A stretch of 64,000 nt of DNA from Callorhinchus milii. Its lineage: Eukaryota. Below the pieces are notes generated by a model, which worked only from the letters and a program-made list of their open reading frames with translations, made no database searches and was not told the origin of the DNA. Numbering within the stretch: the first letter of the stretch is position 1; the number at the start of each line of letters is the position of its first letter. Below, piece after piece: positions 37,801-51,629 of the stretch. A program made the translations under genes and the position numbers. Location: the NCBI RefSeq assembly GCF_018977255.1, contig NW_024704742.1, forward strand, positions 80,912,001-80,976,000, in the 5' to 3' direction.

Positions 37801-38669
37801 GCTTGAACTGTTGTGCAAAGAGATGATGTACTATTTCTACCCTCCCGTTTGGTTTATTGTCCATTTCTGCGAGAGAATCCCTCACGCACATAACATACAC
37901 ACAGCCCTGGGAGATTCTAGTGACACAGACACACACACACACAGCCTCCATTTCTGAAATAGAGGAAACCCATCGAACAAAGTGTAGGTGAAATCAATGG
38001 GTAAAAGCACTCACCACCCACCCACCCTATTGTTTATCTGCCATCCCTGATCTGATCTTCATGGGGGATTGAAACTGACTTGCTAAAGATGTGATGGCAT
38101 CTGACACTTCTCATCTCTGCAATCTCTTGATGTTAGGGGTGGGGAGATAGAGAAAAAAGCATGAGGTTAAACCCAGAAAGGCACGACTGACCATCACTTG
38201 CACGATTCAGTCTTTAGGAATTACAAACGTGGAGCTCGGCTGATAATGATCGACTCCAAGTCCAAAGCCAACTGCGAACTGGGGCCAATAATATTACTTT
38301 CACCATTATTTCAGGGAGGTGGAAGCTATGAGTGTGAAGAGAGACGATAAGTTTCTCACGAACTTAAAAGAAAAACTGGTTGGGTTCTCAGTTAACCCCC
38401 CACCCTAATGGAGGGGAACATTGCTACTTGATTTATTGGCTGAACATTACAAAGAAAACAAGGGGAAGGCAATTCCTAAAGGCTTTTTCGGGGGGAGATT
38501 GGGAGCAGAAATGGTCCTTCACAAACAATACATACATTGTTCTGGGCAACAACCGGTGGACTCGAGTTACACAGCTAAATAAACCGCGTTGAACATCACC
38601 AAATAATAACAATAATTATAAACAGATAACAAAAAGATAAAGTCAACAAAAAATACACATACGTGTTCA

Positions 38670-38698
38670 AAGAAAGAGAGAAAGAGAGAAAGAAAGAG

Positions 38699-38741
<43 letters not shown>

Positions 38742-38770
38742 AAAGAAAGAAAGAAAGAAAGAAAGAAGGA

Positions 38771-38858
<88 letters not shown>

Positions 38859-38897
38859 AAAAGAGGAAAGAAAGAAAAAGAGGAAAGAAAGAAAGAA
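38670..38897. repeat. (GAAA)n microsatellite
   Basis: Directly visible, about 230 bp. Confidence 0.97.
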
Positions 38898-39091
38898 AAA
38901 AAAACCCAGAGAGAAATGGTAAGAGGCTGATTCCTGGGGAACACAATGGAGGGAGAAGGGATCCCAGTGTCAGATCCCAGTGCTCAGCTCTGCACACAGA
39001 GGGGGGGGACCTGGGTCTGGTTTAAAGGAGGAGGACACCAGCTCCCAACACACAAAAGGAACAGCGGCCAGGACAGCCCCATCATCCCTAC

Positions 39092-39350
39092 CTGTGTCTG
39101 TGCAACCGTCTTGCTGCCACAACCCTGCCAGTGCCCTGCCAGGAGCAGCACCATCAGGCAGCCCACAGCCCCAGCAAAGAGGAGGAGGACTCCCTTTCCC
39201 TTTGCTGATGCCACCAGCAGCTCATCCTCAGCACCACCATCACCATCCAGAGCAGTCAGGGCACCATGCACACATCTGCCCTCTCCTCTCCCCTCCCCTT
39301 TCTCTCTCTCTCTCTCTCTCTCTCCTGCCACTCACGTCTCACTTCCTGTG
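39092..39350 (-). other. PLPPR1: Candidate non-coding first exon (5'UTR) of PLPPR1
   Basis: GC-rich block free of interspersed repeats, ending in donor CAG|GTAGGG (GT at 39091-39090), 4.2 kb upstream of the ATG exon, which has an acceptor and so needs an upstream exon. TSS not determinable. Confidence 0.5.
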
Positions 39351-39430
39351 GGAGAGGGGAGGCAGGGGGTGGGGGGGGGGGGGGGGTGGGGGTGGTAGAG
39401 AGAGAGAGAGAGAAAAAGAGGTGGAGTTGC
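39300..39430 (-). promoter_or_regulatory. Candidate PLPPR1 promoter with ETS-type and ACGT-core motifs, GA repeats and a G-run
   Basis: Minus strand CAGGAAGTGAGACGTGAG at 39348-39331, flanked by (GA)n tracts and a long poly-G tract. Confidence 0.35.
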
Positions 39431-39583
39431 CAAACAGCCAGTCTGCAGAAGTTGCTGAAGATAGAATTATTCCTTGCATTGTGCTTCGATAAAAGGGAGC
39501 GAGTCCCTGCTCTCTGATCCCGTTAGACGATCCCGATCAGACTTAGGCATTTCGTTTCTTTTTAAATTGATGTAAAAAGGCAT

Positions 39584-39894
39584 GTCCTGTAGCTCAGTGG
39601 TTAGAGCACTCGCTTTGCAAGCGAGAGACCTGAGTTCATTTCCCGGCAGGGCGAAACCTTGGGCAAGTTTCCTTACTCCACACAGAGCCTAATAATAATC
39701 CTCCAAAACAAAGCAATAATAAATTGGTCATTTTCAATCTACGACTGTTTGTGGGGCATTGCTGTGCGCAATTGGCTGCCGCGTTCGCCCACAAATATAC
39801 AGTCAATTCACTTTACAGTGTGTTCTGTGAAGCGCTTTGGGACATCCTCCCGACGTGAAAAGCGCTATATCAAATGCAAGGATTATTATTATTA
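39584..39894 (+). mobile_element. Well-preserved tRNA-derived SINE just upstream of the candidate promoter
   Basis: Intact head, CpGs retained, (tta)n tail. Confidence 0.9.
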
Positions 39895-42800
39895 TGTAAC
39901 AATTTTTGGTATCGTTCGACTTGCATCTTACGTTTGATAGATTTCAAAGCTATTCCTGCATTTTTGTTTCGTGATGAATTTTAGCAATTTAAGTTAATTT
40001 ATACAATGTTTGTACAAATCCAGGAATAGCTGGTAACTAGGATGAACATTACACCGTAACATCTAAAGAAAGGCAACAACACTTGGATTTTAATAACAGT
40101 TTAGCCTCTATAATATAATTAGAACAATCCTTACATTTGAGATAGCTTCTTTCATGCCAGAAGGATGCCTCAAAGTGCTTCTCAGGATTTACCATAAAAT
40201 ATAAATAACATTTATATAATGCCTTTCACATCAGGAGTTTGTCTCAATCAACTTTATTGTGAAGTATCCTGACTGCATATTTTTTAGGTGAATGCAGCAG
40301 TCAGTTTGCATCCAGCAACATCCCACCAACAGCCACAAAATGAATGACCAATTTTATCCAGGGTATTGTTAGCCAGGACATCAATAGAGATTCCCATTAC
40401 TTTTTGAATGGTGCAACAAGATTTTTAATATACACCTGAACAGGCAGACTGGATGGATTTAGGTGTTACATCAATGCAAGGATTATTATTATTAATAATA
40501 ATACTCCTGGAAGCCTAATATGTCCTTCACTCACTTTTCTGTCAGCAGAATTCTTCTTTTAGAAATATTGTGTCTTTCTCAAACTGGCTCCACGGGGCAC
40601 AGACTTGAGTGTTTATCGAAATGAAAAGATTTGGTTCTATTAAAATGCTCATCTGTAATTGCTCTACACTGTCCAACCTGTTTAAAGTGTGAAAATGCGA
40701 AGTGATATATCAGACCTGACACTAACAGTACTGAAATTGCACAGCAGTACAGCAAGCTTAGGTTCCAAAAAAGTCTAAAGAAAAATATGCAGAGAATTAG
40801 TCTCAGCATGACTGAAAACACAAAGTATTGAAAGAATTAAACCTCTGCTATGCTCTAGTAACTTTAAAACTTTGAGCACTAATAAAAAATGTTATCTTTT
40901 GTGTATTGAATGTCATAACGTTTCTGATTTTGTAGTAGTTTTAAAAATGATGAACTAAAATATTTCAGTCTTCTTACATTTTTGGATTCAGGTCAGAAAT
41001 GCTCCCACAGTAGTGTAGAAAGGATTTGCTGTGTTCCTTAATACCCAGCAAATATATTCAAAGCATCAGCAAACATTTTTATTTCACTGACTCTTTCTCC
41101 TTGCAATGCAATTTCCTATCCTGCAACTATCTCTCGACCGTGCTTAAGGTCACCTCCCTCCTCCCCCCCCCCCCCCCCCCCCCGGCTTGGAGTCAGGCTC
41201 CGCCACTGTTAAGCGCTCTGCGACACTACCCTGCGTGGAGGGCACTATATAAGTGCAAGTTGTTGTTGAACTGTGCTTGGCTGTGATATCCCCATAGATC
41301 AAATCGTCTACTGAGACCTACTGTCCATCCTGCAAACAAAGAATAGTTACTTGCAAGAGATAAAGCAGGATTCTCTAGTGCTAGTAGAAACATATTCGCT
41401 TACAAAAATACATAGTCACTGCCTTTACAGTGTGAAGCACTTTTAGCTATCTTCTCAATATGAAAAACGCTGCATCACATGCAAAGTTTATTTTATTTAC
41501 AAACCACACAAATTGCTGCCTTTCTAACCAAACTGCCACATTTCACCCAAGCCATGTTTTCTCCTTTTTCGTGTGTTCTGAGTTCCACGTACCCTATGCC
41601 CTGACCTTGATGTTTACAATTGACTGCTGTTTGCCAACAAGTTTGCAGTCACTACACTTGACAACAATTACCCGTGAACCAAACAAGATGTTTCAAGGCT
41701 ATAGGAAGGTATCAAATGAAAGAATTTATTAATTTATGATGAGCACAAAACCAACACATATACTGCCATTAAACCTATCTCTTCAACCATATCTACAGTC
41801 ACCTACCTCCTCCCCCAAACCCTATTTTCGAATCTGGCACCTTCTCTGTAAAGCTCTCCAGACATAAAGTGCACATGCATTATTCTATGTGAAGGGTGGT
41901 ATATAGATATAACTTGCTGTTGATTTTTCAATGAGTAAAAAAGACCTCACTGATAAGAAAAAAACGCTGCCTGAGAAATCTTGTAGCTGCAGTGCTTTAC
42001 ATCACGTATATACAATAAGACAATGTAGCACTGGCTAATTAATAATGTAGAGTTAGTTGTTTGCATAGAATAAAAATGTCAGTTAGTGAGGCATAGCACT
42101 ATGGCTCTAGCACTGATTCTCACATGCACATTTAATTGCCATAATAAATTTTCCACCAGGGTATTCCAAAAGAATGTTTTATGCCTGAACCCTTGAATAT
42201 TTTTCCTTGCAGAGCTTCTAATGGTCTCATCAAGCAATGCATGAACAATACAACAATACAAATTTACATTTAGATAGCACCTTTCACATCAGGAGGTTGT
42301 CCCACAGGAGGCATGAGAGGAGTTTCTCCTGGTGTCCTGGCCAACATTCCCCTGATAAAATTGGTCATTTGCTTGATCATTTGTAGGAAATTGCTGTGCG
42401 CAAATTGGCTTCTGCATTCCCCTACAAAATACACAGTCACTACCTTTGCAGTAAAATCCAGTGAAATGATTTAATATATTTCGACAACGTCAAAACGCAC
42501 TGTATCAAATCGAAAGATTATTTATTTATTACTTATTTAAATGCGTCATATGTGGCTGAAAGGGTAATTGGGGCTGGTAACACACTCATGTCGTTCATCC
42601 AAACTAATCTTATGGTGTTGTGGAAGGATGAGATCAAATGAAGGCTGAAGGGCCTTCATCCAAATGAATCATTGTTGTCATTCGGATATCTCTTGTTAGG
42701 AAGCACACAAAAGTTTCCCAACAAGGGGCCTTCACCCTCTATTTTCTGGCTTTTACAGATAGAGTGTGGGATAAATGGAAATTGCACAGTGTGGGCAAAT

Positions 42801-43157
42801 TGACCACAAGGTCGCAAAGTTGCAAGAAAGATTGAGTTAATGAAGAGTGCTCAGATTATTTGCAGCTTCTCATTGCAGAACCCCAACTGTGAATGCATTA
42901 AATAATGAATCAAGATTACATTGGGGCACAGAGACAAAGGAAATGGTTCACTAATTGTTTTTACATTAATCATAAAGCCACTCCCCATGTATAGAATAAA
43001 TACAATTTACATTTCTATAGCACTTTTGCACATCGGCAGGGCTTCTCAAAGTGCTTCCCAAGCTGAGAGTTGAATCCGAGCAGGTTGGGGAGGGGAAAGC
43101 TGACCAAAAGCGCAGTTAAAGAGGTACATTTTGAGACATGCCTTGAAAGAGGGGAGA

Positions 43158-43900
43158 AACAACAACAACAAAATTACATTTAGAGAGCGCCTTTCACGTT
43201 GGGAGGATGTTCCAAAGTCCTGAACAGTCAGGTGTCAGGGACGGAGCATGGGGGAGGGGTGGTGTAGGGTTGAGGGAAGGCAGAGAGGTGGGAGGGAGAC
43301 CAAAGGTACAGTCGAAGAGAAGGGTCTTGATACCAGCCTTGAAGGAGGCAAGGGAGGAAATGAGGCGAAGGGAGTGTGGGATGGAGTTCCAGTGTGTGGG
43401 GGTAAAGAGGCTGAAAGCTGGAGCCCGCTGAACAGAGGGAGCGGGCAGGTTGGCAGGGAGTCAGCAGGTCAGAGAGGTAGGAGGGGGCAAGGCCATGGAT
43501 GGCCTTAAAGATGAGGATCAGGGTCTTGAACTCGATCCTCTGGGGGATGGGGAGCCAGTGAAGTCGGGCAAGGGTGTGAGTGTTGGGGTCACGGAGCCTG
43601 GTGCCTGGGAGTACACGAGCTGCAGAGTTTTGGATGATTTGCAGTTTGTGAAGGGAAAAGTTGGGAAGACCGATGAGGAGGGAGTTCCTATAATCGAGCC
43701 TTGATGTGACGAATACGTGAGTGAGAGTTTCGGCAGCCTGAGGGGTGAGGCAGTGGCGGAGTTTGGCAGTGTTACAGAGATGGTGGTAGGCAGTGCCGGT
43801 TATGGCGCAGATTGGGGGAGAAAGGACAGTTCAGGATCAAACAAGATACCAGGTTTCTGACTGGCTTAGTGAGGTTGAGTGTGCAGCCGAAAGGGAGCTA
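43158..43900 (-). mobile_element. L2 LINE 3' fragment
   Basis: Reverse strand encodes HVFVTSRLDY...QIIQNSAARV and HWLP-like motifs; (ttg)n tail at 43158-43170. Confidence 0.85.
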
Positions 43901-45549
43901 GTCAGAGGGACTCCAGGATAAAGTTCTGAGGGTGGGGACAGAATGGCTGAAAGGCTGCCCACCAATAGTGGTGTTGATAAGGCAGGAGAAATGAAGCAGA
44001 TCAATATTCACTCACTTAGCGAAGTGAGCAGCCTGGCTGGCATGGTAGGAGGAGGTTGCAGAGCGTTTTTTTTGGGTGGTGGGGGGTAGTGGAGAGGTGG
44101 AGGCTGAGACGATGGAGGGATTTGGATGTAAGAATGAGGATCTTGTTCTCAATTCCTGGGGAGGTGGAGGTGGGGGACGTGGGGAGCCAGTGAAGCAGAA
44201 CAAGGTGGGATAATACATGTCACTCGTTTTGGTTTTGTACCCTATTACATTTCAGGCATCTTAGTGCTTCAATGGAAGGTGGAGATCCTGATACGCCAGC
44301 TTTGCTCAGTGGTGACACTCCTGCCTCTGAGTCAGAAGGTTTGGGGTTTCAAATCCTAACTCAGGATTTGAACTCATTCCGTCTAAGATGACACTCCAGT
44401 ACATCACTGGGGTGTGTTTAATTGTCAGAGTTGCCGTGTTTTGGATATGACATTGAACCAAGGTGTCTGTTCAGGAGGATGTTAAAGATTCCATGGCACT
44501 ATTCGGAAAGAGATCAGAGTTTCTACCAGAGTCCTGGTCAACAATCCACTAAATAAAATCTGTCACTTGTTTCATGGCTGTTTGTGGACATTGTGAGGCA
44601 ATGCTGTGCACAATTGTGCTGCCGCATTTGCCTCCAGATACAGTCACTCTATTTCACAGTAAATCCTGTGAAGCACTTCGAAAAGTCTTTCAACCTGATA
44701 AGGTGCTATATATACCAAATGCAAGAATTATTATTATTCTTTATTGCAGGTGCCATTTCTTCATTTGGAAACCCAGAGCTTTCCGTAAGTTAGCTCTGTG
44801 AACCCATTCAATCCACAATCCATGTTTGTGGGACACTACTGTGGACATTTTGCTGTCGTGTTTTGCCCACAAAATACACAGTCTATCTTCTTTACAATAT
44901 ATTCTGTGAAGCGCTTTGAGACGTCTCAACGACGTAATGAGGCACTATACCAAATTATTATAACATTTGGTATTACCGTTGCAAACCTATTTTGAAACTC
45001 TGGCTATTGCTGAGCACTTTCATCCTTTATGAAACTTATCCTCCTTTGTCCGATGTCCTCCTCTCATTTTCTGACAGCATCAATGAGCTTGAACACCATT
45101 TGGTTTTTAAATTTACAATCTGTAACACAGCTTTGATATTACGGGCAGTTCGTAAAACATTTAAATTCATCCCTTGTGGCTTGTAAAGTGATTTGAACAT
45201 TTCAATTGTACCGTAACCTTGGAATGAACTGCACATCTACTATCATTGTCTGAGTTGGTTAAGTTGCCTCCCTGGCAAGTAGACATTTCTGGGTTAAGTG
45301 GTGCTTTATTCTCTAGATAAAAAGTAGGTTTCATTTTCATTATTTATTGAAAGTTATTTGGAGGTAACAAAAAACTAGGTTAAGCTTGGAATACATTCAT
45401 TTGCCTCATTTTTTAAAAAGAAATCTAAGTAAATGTACTTTCAAAATATATTTAATTGATTTTTTTAAAATATCCATCATCACCTCAAATTGGAAATGTT
45501 AACTGGAACTCATAAATTTGGACAAGTAAAGGAACAAAGAAAGTCATTC

Positions 45550-45945
45550 ACTACAACAATCTGTATTCATATAGGACCCTTCACATTGGATAACATCTCA
45601 GAATGCTTCACATCCTAGCAGTTCGACAAAGAGCTACAAGGAAAGGGAGAAGGATGGGGTTGATCAAAGAGATAGATTTTAAGGTGTGATTTGAAGGTAG
45701 ATTAAGAGGGTGTGAAGCAGAAGGATAGAAGCAGAGAGTTCCAGAGGTCGGGGGCATCAATGACTGAAAGCTTGGCCGCTGATAATGATGCAGAAAGAGC
45801 GAGGGAAGTACAGCAGCTCTGTATTAACTGGACATTAGGGACGAGCAAAGAAGTGGTGTGCAAGGAGATCAGAAAGATAGGGAGGTACTTGGGCACCAAG
45901 GGATTTGTATTTGAGAGTGAAGATCTTGAAGTCAATCTGTTTGGA
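45550..45945 (-). mobile_element. Old L2 3' fragment
   Basis: ...KLSVIDAPDLWNSL... plus an L2-type tail. Confidence 0.6.
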
Positions 45946-47047
45946 TCACTGCTCTCAACAGCAATTATCTGTGAAATATTTTGAGACGTTTTAACATTAC
46001 AGGCACAGACAGTACATCAAATGCAAGGATCATTATTATAAACAGCAATGTACAAAATTACAATATTGGCCTTTTTTCTTTTTTGGGGGGTGGGGGGTCA
46101 GCTGGGCGTCTGATACATGGGGAATCCCATCACCATGCTTAAAGGTATCCAAACCTGAGAATTCTATGGTATTTTCTGTATGGAAATAGAGTGAGTCACT
46201 AATTCACCATGATTGCTAGTAAACAGTACACATTTCAATCTATGAAATGTCCAGGGTTGTTTGTAAAGAAGCCCTAGAGATGAATATAGAAAAATAACAA
46301 ATGTTGATGTATTCTCACTTATTTCCCATTCTTTAATTTCCCTTTAATATTTCAACAAAAGCTCTTCTCTTCTTCATTTAGCCTTGTTTCCTTGGGAATA
46401 CAACAACAACAACTTGCTTTTATATATTAGCCTTCTCACGATTAGCGTCTTGAAGTGCCTAATTGTATATTGCTAATGTATACTGCCGACCTTTATTTCA
46501 TCAGCACGATTGACAATAAAGAAATGACACCGTATTTCTACCATCAATAATTTATAAAATAAAAACATATCATTTCCATAAAGTAAAAGGTCATTCTGTC
46601 ACTTCCTCTGTAGCAATTATTTTGTGATAGTTTAACTATCATATATTGCTATCATATGTACAGAAATGTTTCAGTTATTATTATAGTTCCTGGGATGACC
46701 AATTCTGTTTACATTCAGTTCACATACACTGACGCTACAAAATACTAACATTATTTTAAGTTACTCAAATATCAGATAGCATTATGACTGCAATATTAGT
46801 CAAATATGAAAATTATAAATGTTCCCGGTCATCATTTTGTACTTTTGTTTTCTTCCCTAATTCTCTCTTTTTTAAAAAAAATTATACACTTTACTTTGAA
46901 CAATTAACAATGTATTTTTCCTCTTTTCTATCTATTCGAACCTTTAATACTAATTTTTCTACCTTTGAAGTTGATCTCCTACCTTTCTTTTATCTCCCAC
47001 TGTTCATTGGAACCTAGAAAAACATAAATAGGATCATTCAGTCCATT

Positions 47048-47215
47048 AACAGAAGTCGCTGGGAATAGTCAGCTGACGAAATTCTGACAAAGGGTCATGG
47101 ACCTGAAACATTGACTCACTTTCCTTTCTCCATATGTGCTGCCTGACCTGCTGAGTGCTCCCAGGGACTTCCGTTTTACTTTCAGATTTCCAGCATCTGT
47201 AGTACTTTGCGTTTT
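47048..47215 (+). mobile_element. Short Penelope-like-derived element, copy 3, with inverted 5' segment
   Basis: Same family. 47048-47073 is the reverse complement of an internal segment. 12-bp TSD attcag(t/c)ccatt at 47036-47047 and 47216-47227. Confidence 0.75.
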
Positions 47216-47427
47216 ATTCAGCCCATTGTTTGATACTGGTAAATCTTTTAATCCAATCCCTCACCCTTTCTCCATTAATGTTTAATATCTCTACCACCCA
47301 AGAATCTGTCTATCTCTCTTTTAAATATTCCTATTGATTCCCACTCTATAGCCTTCTGGGGCAGAGAATTTCACATCGCACAACCCTCAGTTGCAGAAAC
47401 TGTAATTAATTTGTAACTTATTTTGTG

Positions 47428-47738
47428 GGAGTCTTGTAGTGCAAGCGAGAGGACCTGGGTTCGATTCCCCAGGCAGGGAGAAACATTGGGCAAGTTTCCG
47501 TACTCCGCACATCTCTGTTTACCTACTAGTAAGTAGGGACCCGCTTGTTAGCCAATTTGCGCATTGGTTTTTTGGGGGTGATAATTCCTTAAAAAACTAA
47601 TAATAATAGTCACTGAATCTACGACTGTTTGTGGGACACTACGCAATTGGCCACTGTGTTTCACCTACAAAATATACAGTCAATTCACTTTAAGACATGA
47701 TAAGGCACTATATCAAATGCAAGGATTATTATTATTAT
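47428..47738 (+). mobile_element. tRNA-derived SINE, long variant
   Basis: B box ggttcgattccc, family body and tail. Confidence 0.8.
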
Positions 47739-48129
47739 TTTAAATGGCTTTTTCATTGTCTCAAAATCAGCATGACATTAGAGTTAGGACACTGAGGATA
47801 TGAAACATTTTGCATTACTGCATCTTTAAGTTCAAGTTCACAAATTGCATCTGAGCTGAGTAGCCATATGGGAAAATTCAAGAGGTGCTACGAACGTTTT
47901 AGGAAAACCAAATGAAAGAGGACAAATATCTGATTGACAGGCTTGGATAAATTACATTCATATACTAACTTAACCAGTGAGAAATAGATTTTCCCATAGT
48001 TCAAATAAAATTGTATGACTGTTTGTGGGACACTACTGTACCAAAACACACAGTCACTATACATTATACCCTGTGAAGCTTTAAAACATCCTCCTGATGC
48101 GAAATGCCTTATGCCAAATAAGAACTATG

Positions 48130-48456
48130 ATATTTGATATAACGCATTTATCATGTCTTTAGACATCTCAAATCGCCTCAACATATTGTAAAATGGATTG
48201 ACGAAACGCAGCAACCAATTGCGCACAGCGGTGTACCAGAAACTGTCATGGATTTAGTTATCAAATGCTTTTTGAGGGATTATCACCCAGGAAATCAATT
48301 GACCAATCGACTAATATCTGGACTTTTACTTACTGCTAAGTAAACAGAGACGTGCGGAATAAGGAAACTTGCCTGAGGTTTTGCCCCACCTGGGAAATGA
48401 ACCTGGGTCCACTCGCTTACAATGTGAGTGCCCTAACCACTATTCTATGGGACTCC
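48130..48456 (-). mobile_element. tRNA-derived SINE, diverged
   Basis: Family head and tail on the minus strand. Confidence 0.72.
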
Positions 48457-49434
48457 ATGCATATTGTAAATGTAAGGATTATTATTATGCATGTAATACA
48501 ATGCATCCCGGTATCAGTTTGGGTCACTTGGTAACATTTTTGCCTCTGGATCCGGAAGATGTGTGTTCAGGTTGGGACTTTGAGCCCCCTGTCCAGTTAG
48601 GCATTCCAATGCAGTACTGGGGGAGGCATTACCATGTCAGAGCTACTGTCCTTTAGATAAAAAAAACGAAGATCCCATCTGCTTCAACATTAAATAACCT
48701 ATGATACAATTAAAAAAAGGTAGTTTCTCCTGGAATCCTGACAACATCCATCCAGATAATTTGGTCATTTATTTTATTACTCAATTATTATTATTATTAC
48801 TATTATTATTATTATAAGACCCTACTGTGGGCAAATTGCCTGCTGTATTTGCCTGCAAATAGATAATCACCAGAGTTTGAAACAAATAAAGTGTGAAGCA
48901 CTTTAAGGTACGTCAGAAGTAATTTATAATCCCGGCATTTGATGTAGTGCCGTTCACATCAGGAGGATGTTTCAAACTGCTCCACAGGATTTAGTGCAGA
49001 ATGCAGAGTGTGTGCATTTTTTAGGTGGACATGTTTTAACTTTATGAGTTTAAATTCAAATTCAATGATTATTATTTTATTGCTATGGCTGTTTGTGGGT
49101 TTTTAAATAGTGATGGCATTTTAACTACACTTAAACTTCTCCACACCAGGGATAGAATTCCTGTCCCTCCGAATTCCAATCCAGTCCCAGGAAAAAAATA
49201 GAGTTCTACCTCACAACATCTCCGAAACTCTGTGTGAATTTTTAATTGAATGCATTGATGTTTTACACTGAAAGTTACTATTCAATAGGAGACCCACATC
49301 TCCGCTGAAACCTGTTTGGCTTCACAATTCCTGGGGTTGTGTTGCAATGAATGAGGTTGAGGTTTATTCATTTCAGTACACAGGAAGCCATTTATCAGCA
49401 AAATTCTATTCTGGGCCACAAACATTGACAGAGA

Positions 49435-49795
49435 TAATAATAATCCTTGCATTTGATATAGCGCCTTATCACATCTCCAAGATGTCTCAAAACACTTCAC
49501 ACAATATACTGTGAAGTGAATTGATTGTATATTTTGTGGGTGAAACACAGCAGCCAACTGTGCACAGCAGTGTCCCATAAACAGTCGTGAATTGAGTGAC
49601 CAATTTTTTTTGAAGAAATTATTACCCCTGGAAAAGCAATCTGCCATTCGACTAACAACCGGGTTCTTACTGACTCCTAGGTAAAGAGAGGCGTGTGGAG
49701 TTAGGAAACTTGCCTAACATTTTGCCCTGCCGGGGAATCAAATCCAGGTCTCTAACCTGTGAGGTGAGTGCTCTAACCACTGAGCAACAGGAATT
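49435..49795 (-). mobile_element. tRNA-derived SINE, long variant
   Basis: Family head, body and tail. Confidence 0.85.
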
Positions 49796-51499
49796 CACAT
49801 TTACAGGAGATCATTTTAAAGTGAAGGAAAAATGAATTGACTACATTCCATGCAATGCCACAAGAACACATAAAAACATGAACTTCCAAAGTTTACAAAT
49901 ACAGCTGTGTTTATATTGTAGGTGCTTAAGTGGAATATTTTAAACATTATACAGCATCTAGCCTCATGGCTTGTGTCCAACAGAACTGCTGTGATTGAAC
50001 CTTCTGATGAATGCTAAAAACCTTCATCTCCAATTACAAATAGGCATTTACAGAAACAATTTGGTCTAATTACAGTGCCAATAATACCAGTACTCATTAC
50101 GATTACGATCATATTAAATATAGTACTTAAATAACCTTTCATCTAAAATTAAATGTGCATAGTATGCAACGTTACTCGCCAAGGTACCACCAAGCATTTC
50201 TGCGTCAGATCATAACGGATGCTCTGTGGGGACAAACAGGGATTTTTGGCCAGGACAACGGGAGAAACACCCATCTCTTTTCAAAAAGTCCCCACCTCAG
50301 TAGGCAGACGATGCCTCAGTTTGAGTACTTATGCAAAGGACAGCAACATCGTCAACGTAACACCCCCCCGGCATTGCAATGGAGTGTCAGCATAGAGTTC
50401 CAGGTCCTGGCGTGAGTCATGAACTCACAACTTTTTAATTTGAAAGCAAGGATGTTACCAATTGAGCAAAGTTGATGTGTTCCCTTCCTTACAGAGATGC
50501 CTCTCAAGAACCAAACTAGAATCAGTCCAGAATTCACAATTCAGTGAATTTCTGGTCTAAACAAACCCATATTTCGATAATCCTATGTGCCAGCTACTTA
50601 AAATGTTATTGGTACAGTATTTTAGCAAAACATAGTGTTTTTCTATATTTAGATAAAAGTTTAGCATTTGGAAACATCTGGCACTGTGGCTCCAGCACTT
50701 AAAATAAACTTGTATTATAGGGCGGATAAGTATTTAAATATCTCATAACCTTGAAAAAGAGAGGGCGATTAGCTTATTCTACAGGGACCACAACATCCCT
50801 GATAAAGATGGTAATTTATTTCTTCCCTTCCAGCATTCATCCAAACTGTCTGAATTTAGAATACTTTAAGCAGATTTTAACACGGTACAGAATCAATGAA
50901 GTCTTCAGTGTTGGATATATTTTCTTTTTACACAGTGGGGAAAAAGGATAGTCCCTTAACAGTTCATTCAACCATATCATTTGACAAATGGAAAAGCGAC
51001 AGTCCTTTATATTTTGTGTCATTCTATTCAGTTTAGCTCTATCACCTAAAATGAATGACTTTAGCCCACTTGTGCCCTGATATAAATGTTGCTCTTGAGC
51101 AGATTAATCTATTTCTGCTAAAAATTGGAAAGAGTGCCAGCTTTGAGTTGAATACCCAATGTGCAATTTTATTCCATTTATATCCCTAGCAAAACTGCTG
51201 TCCAATAAATGGGCTGATCCCACCAGAGTCAGTTTATTTCTCTAGCTACATGACACACAAGGAGAGGACAGACATCAGACATCAAATACAGCAATGTGGC
51301 ACTGAGGTTTGTGAGTACAACTAACTCTTGTTGTAACTGGCCTGACGACCACAACATATAGCAAACAGTGGATTATTACAAACATAGAGGATTTATTTTA
51401 ATCGCTTTTATATTAACCTCAGTGGGCAAGGTCTCACAGTGGTTTATATCCTTTCCTAAATCTTTGGTAATAAAGCTTTATCTGGCATTGATTGAGTAG

Positions 51500-51552
51500 C
51501 TTTATTCCCATAATGTTTGGGTTACTTTCACCCAAACATTATGGAAATAAAG
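51500..51552. repeat. Inverted repeat: 23-bp arms, 7-nt loop, one mismatch
   Basis: ctttattcccataatgtttgggt / acccaaacattatggaaataaag. Confidence 0.93.
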
Positions 51553-51629
51553 TTTTGCCAATTGGCCACAGCAGTGTCCCACTGAATTGAACACTTACCT
51601 AATCAATCAGTCTCTTTTCCTCGTCTTTA

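Noticed and set aside
38567..39025. Long ORFs rich in F/L/S or K/E/R
   Set aside because: Artefacts of the (GAAA)n repeat.
39455..39492. Plus-strand ...RIIPCIV resembling PLPPR1 SIIPCF
   Set aside because: Wrong strand and no splice context; the real exon is at 34779-34844.
39584..39656. tRNA-Ala(TGC)-like sequence, and similar heads elsewhere
   Set aside because: Each runs straight into SINE body and tail, and copies are divergent. These are SINE heads, not tRNA genes.
50527..50555. Short imperfect inverted repeat
   Set aside because: About 11 bp with a bulge; weak enough to be chance.
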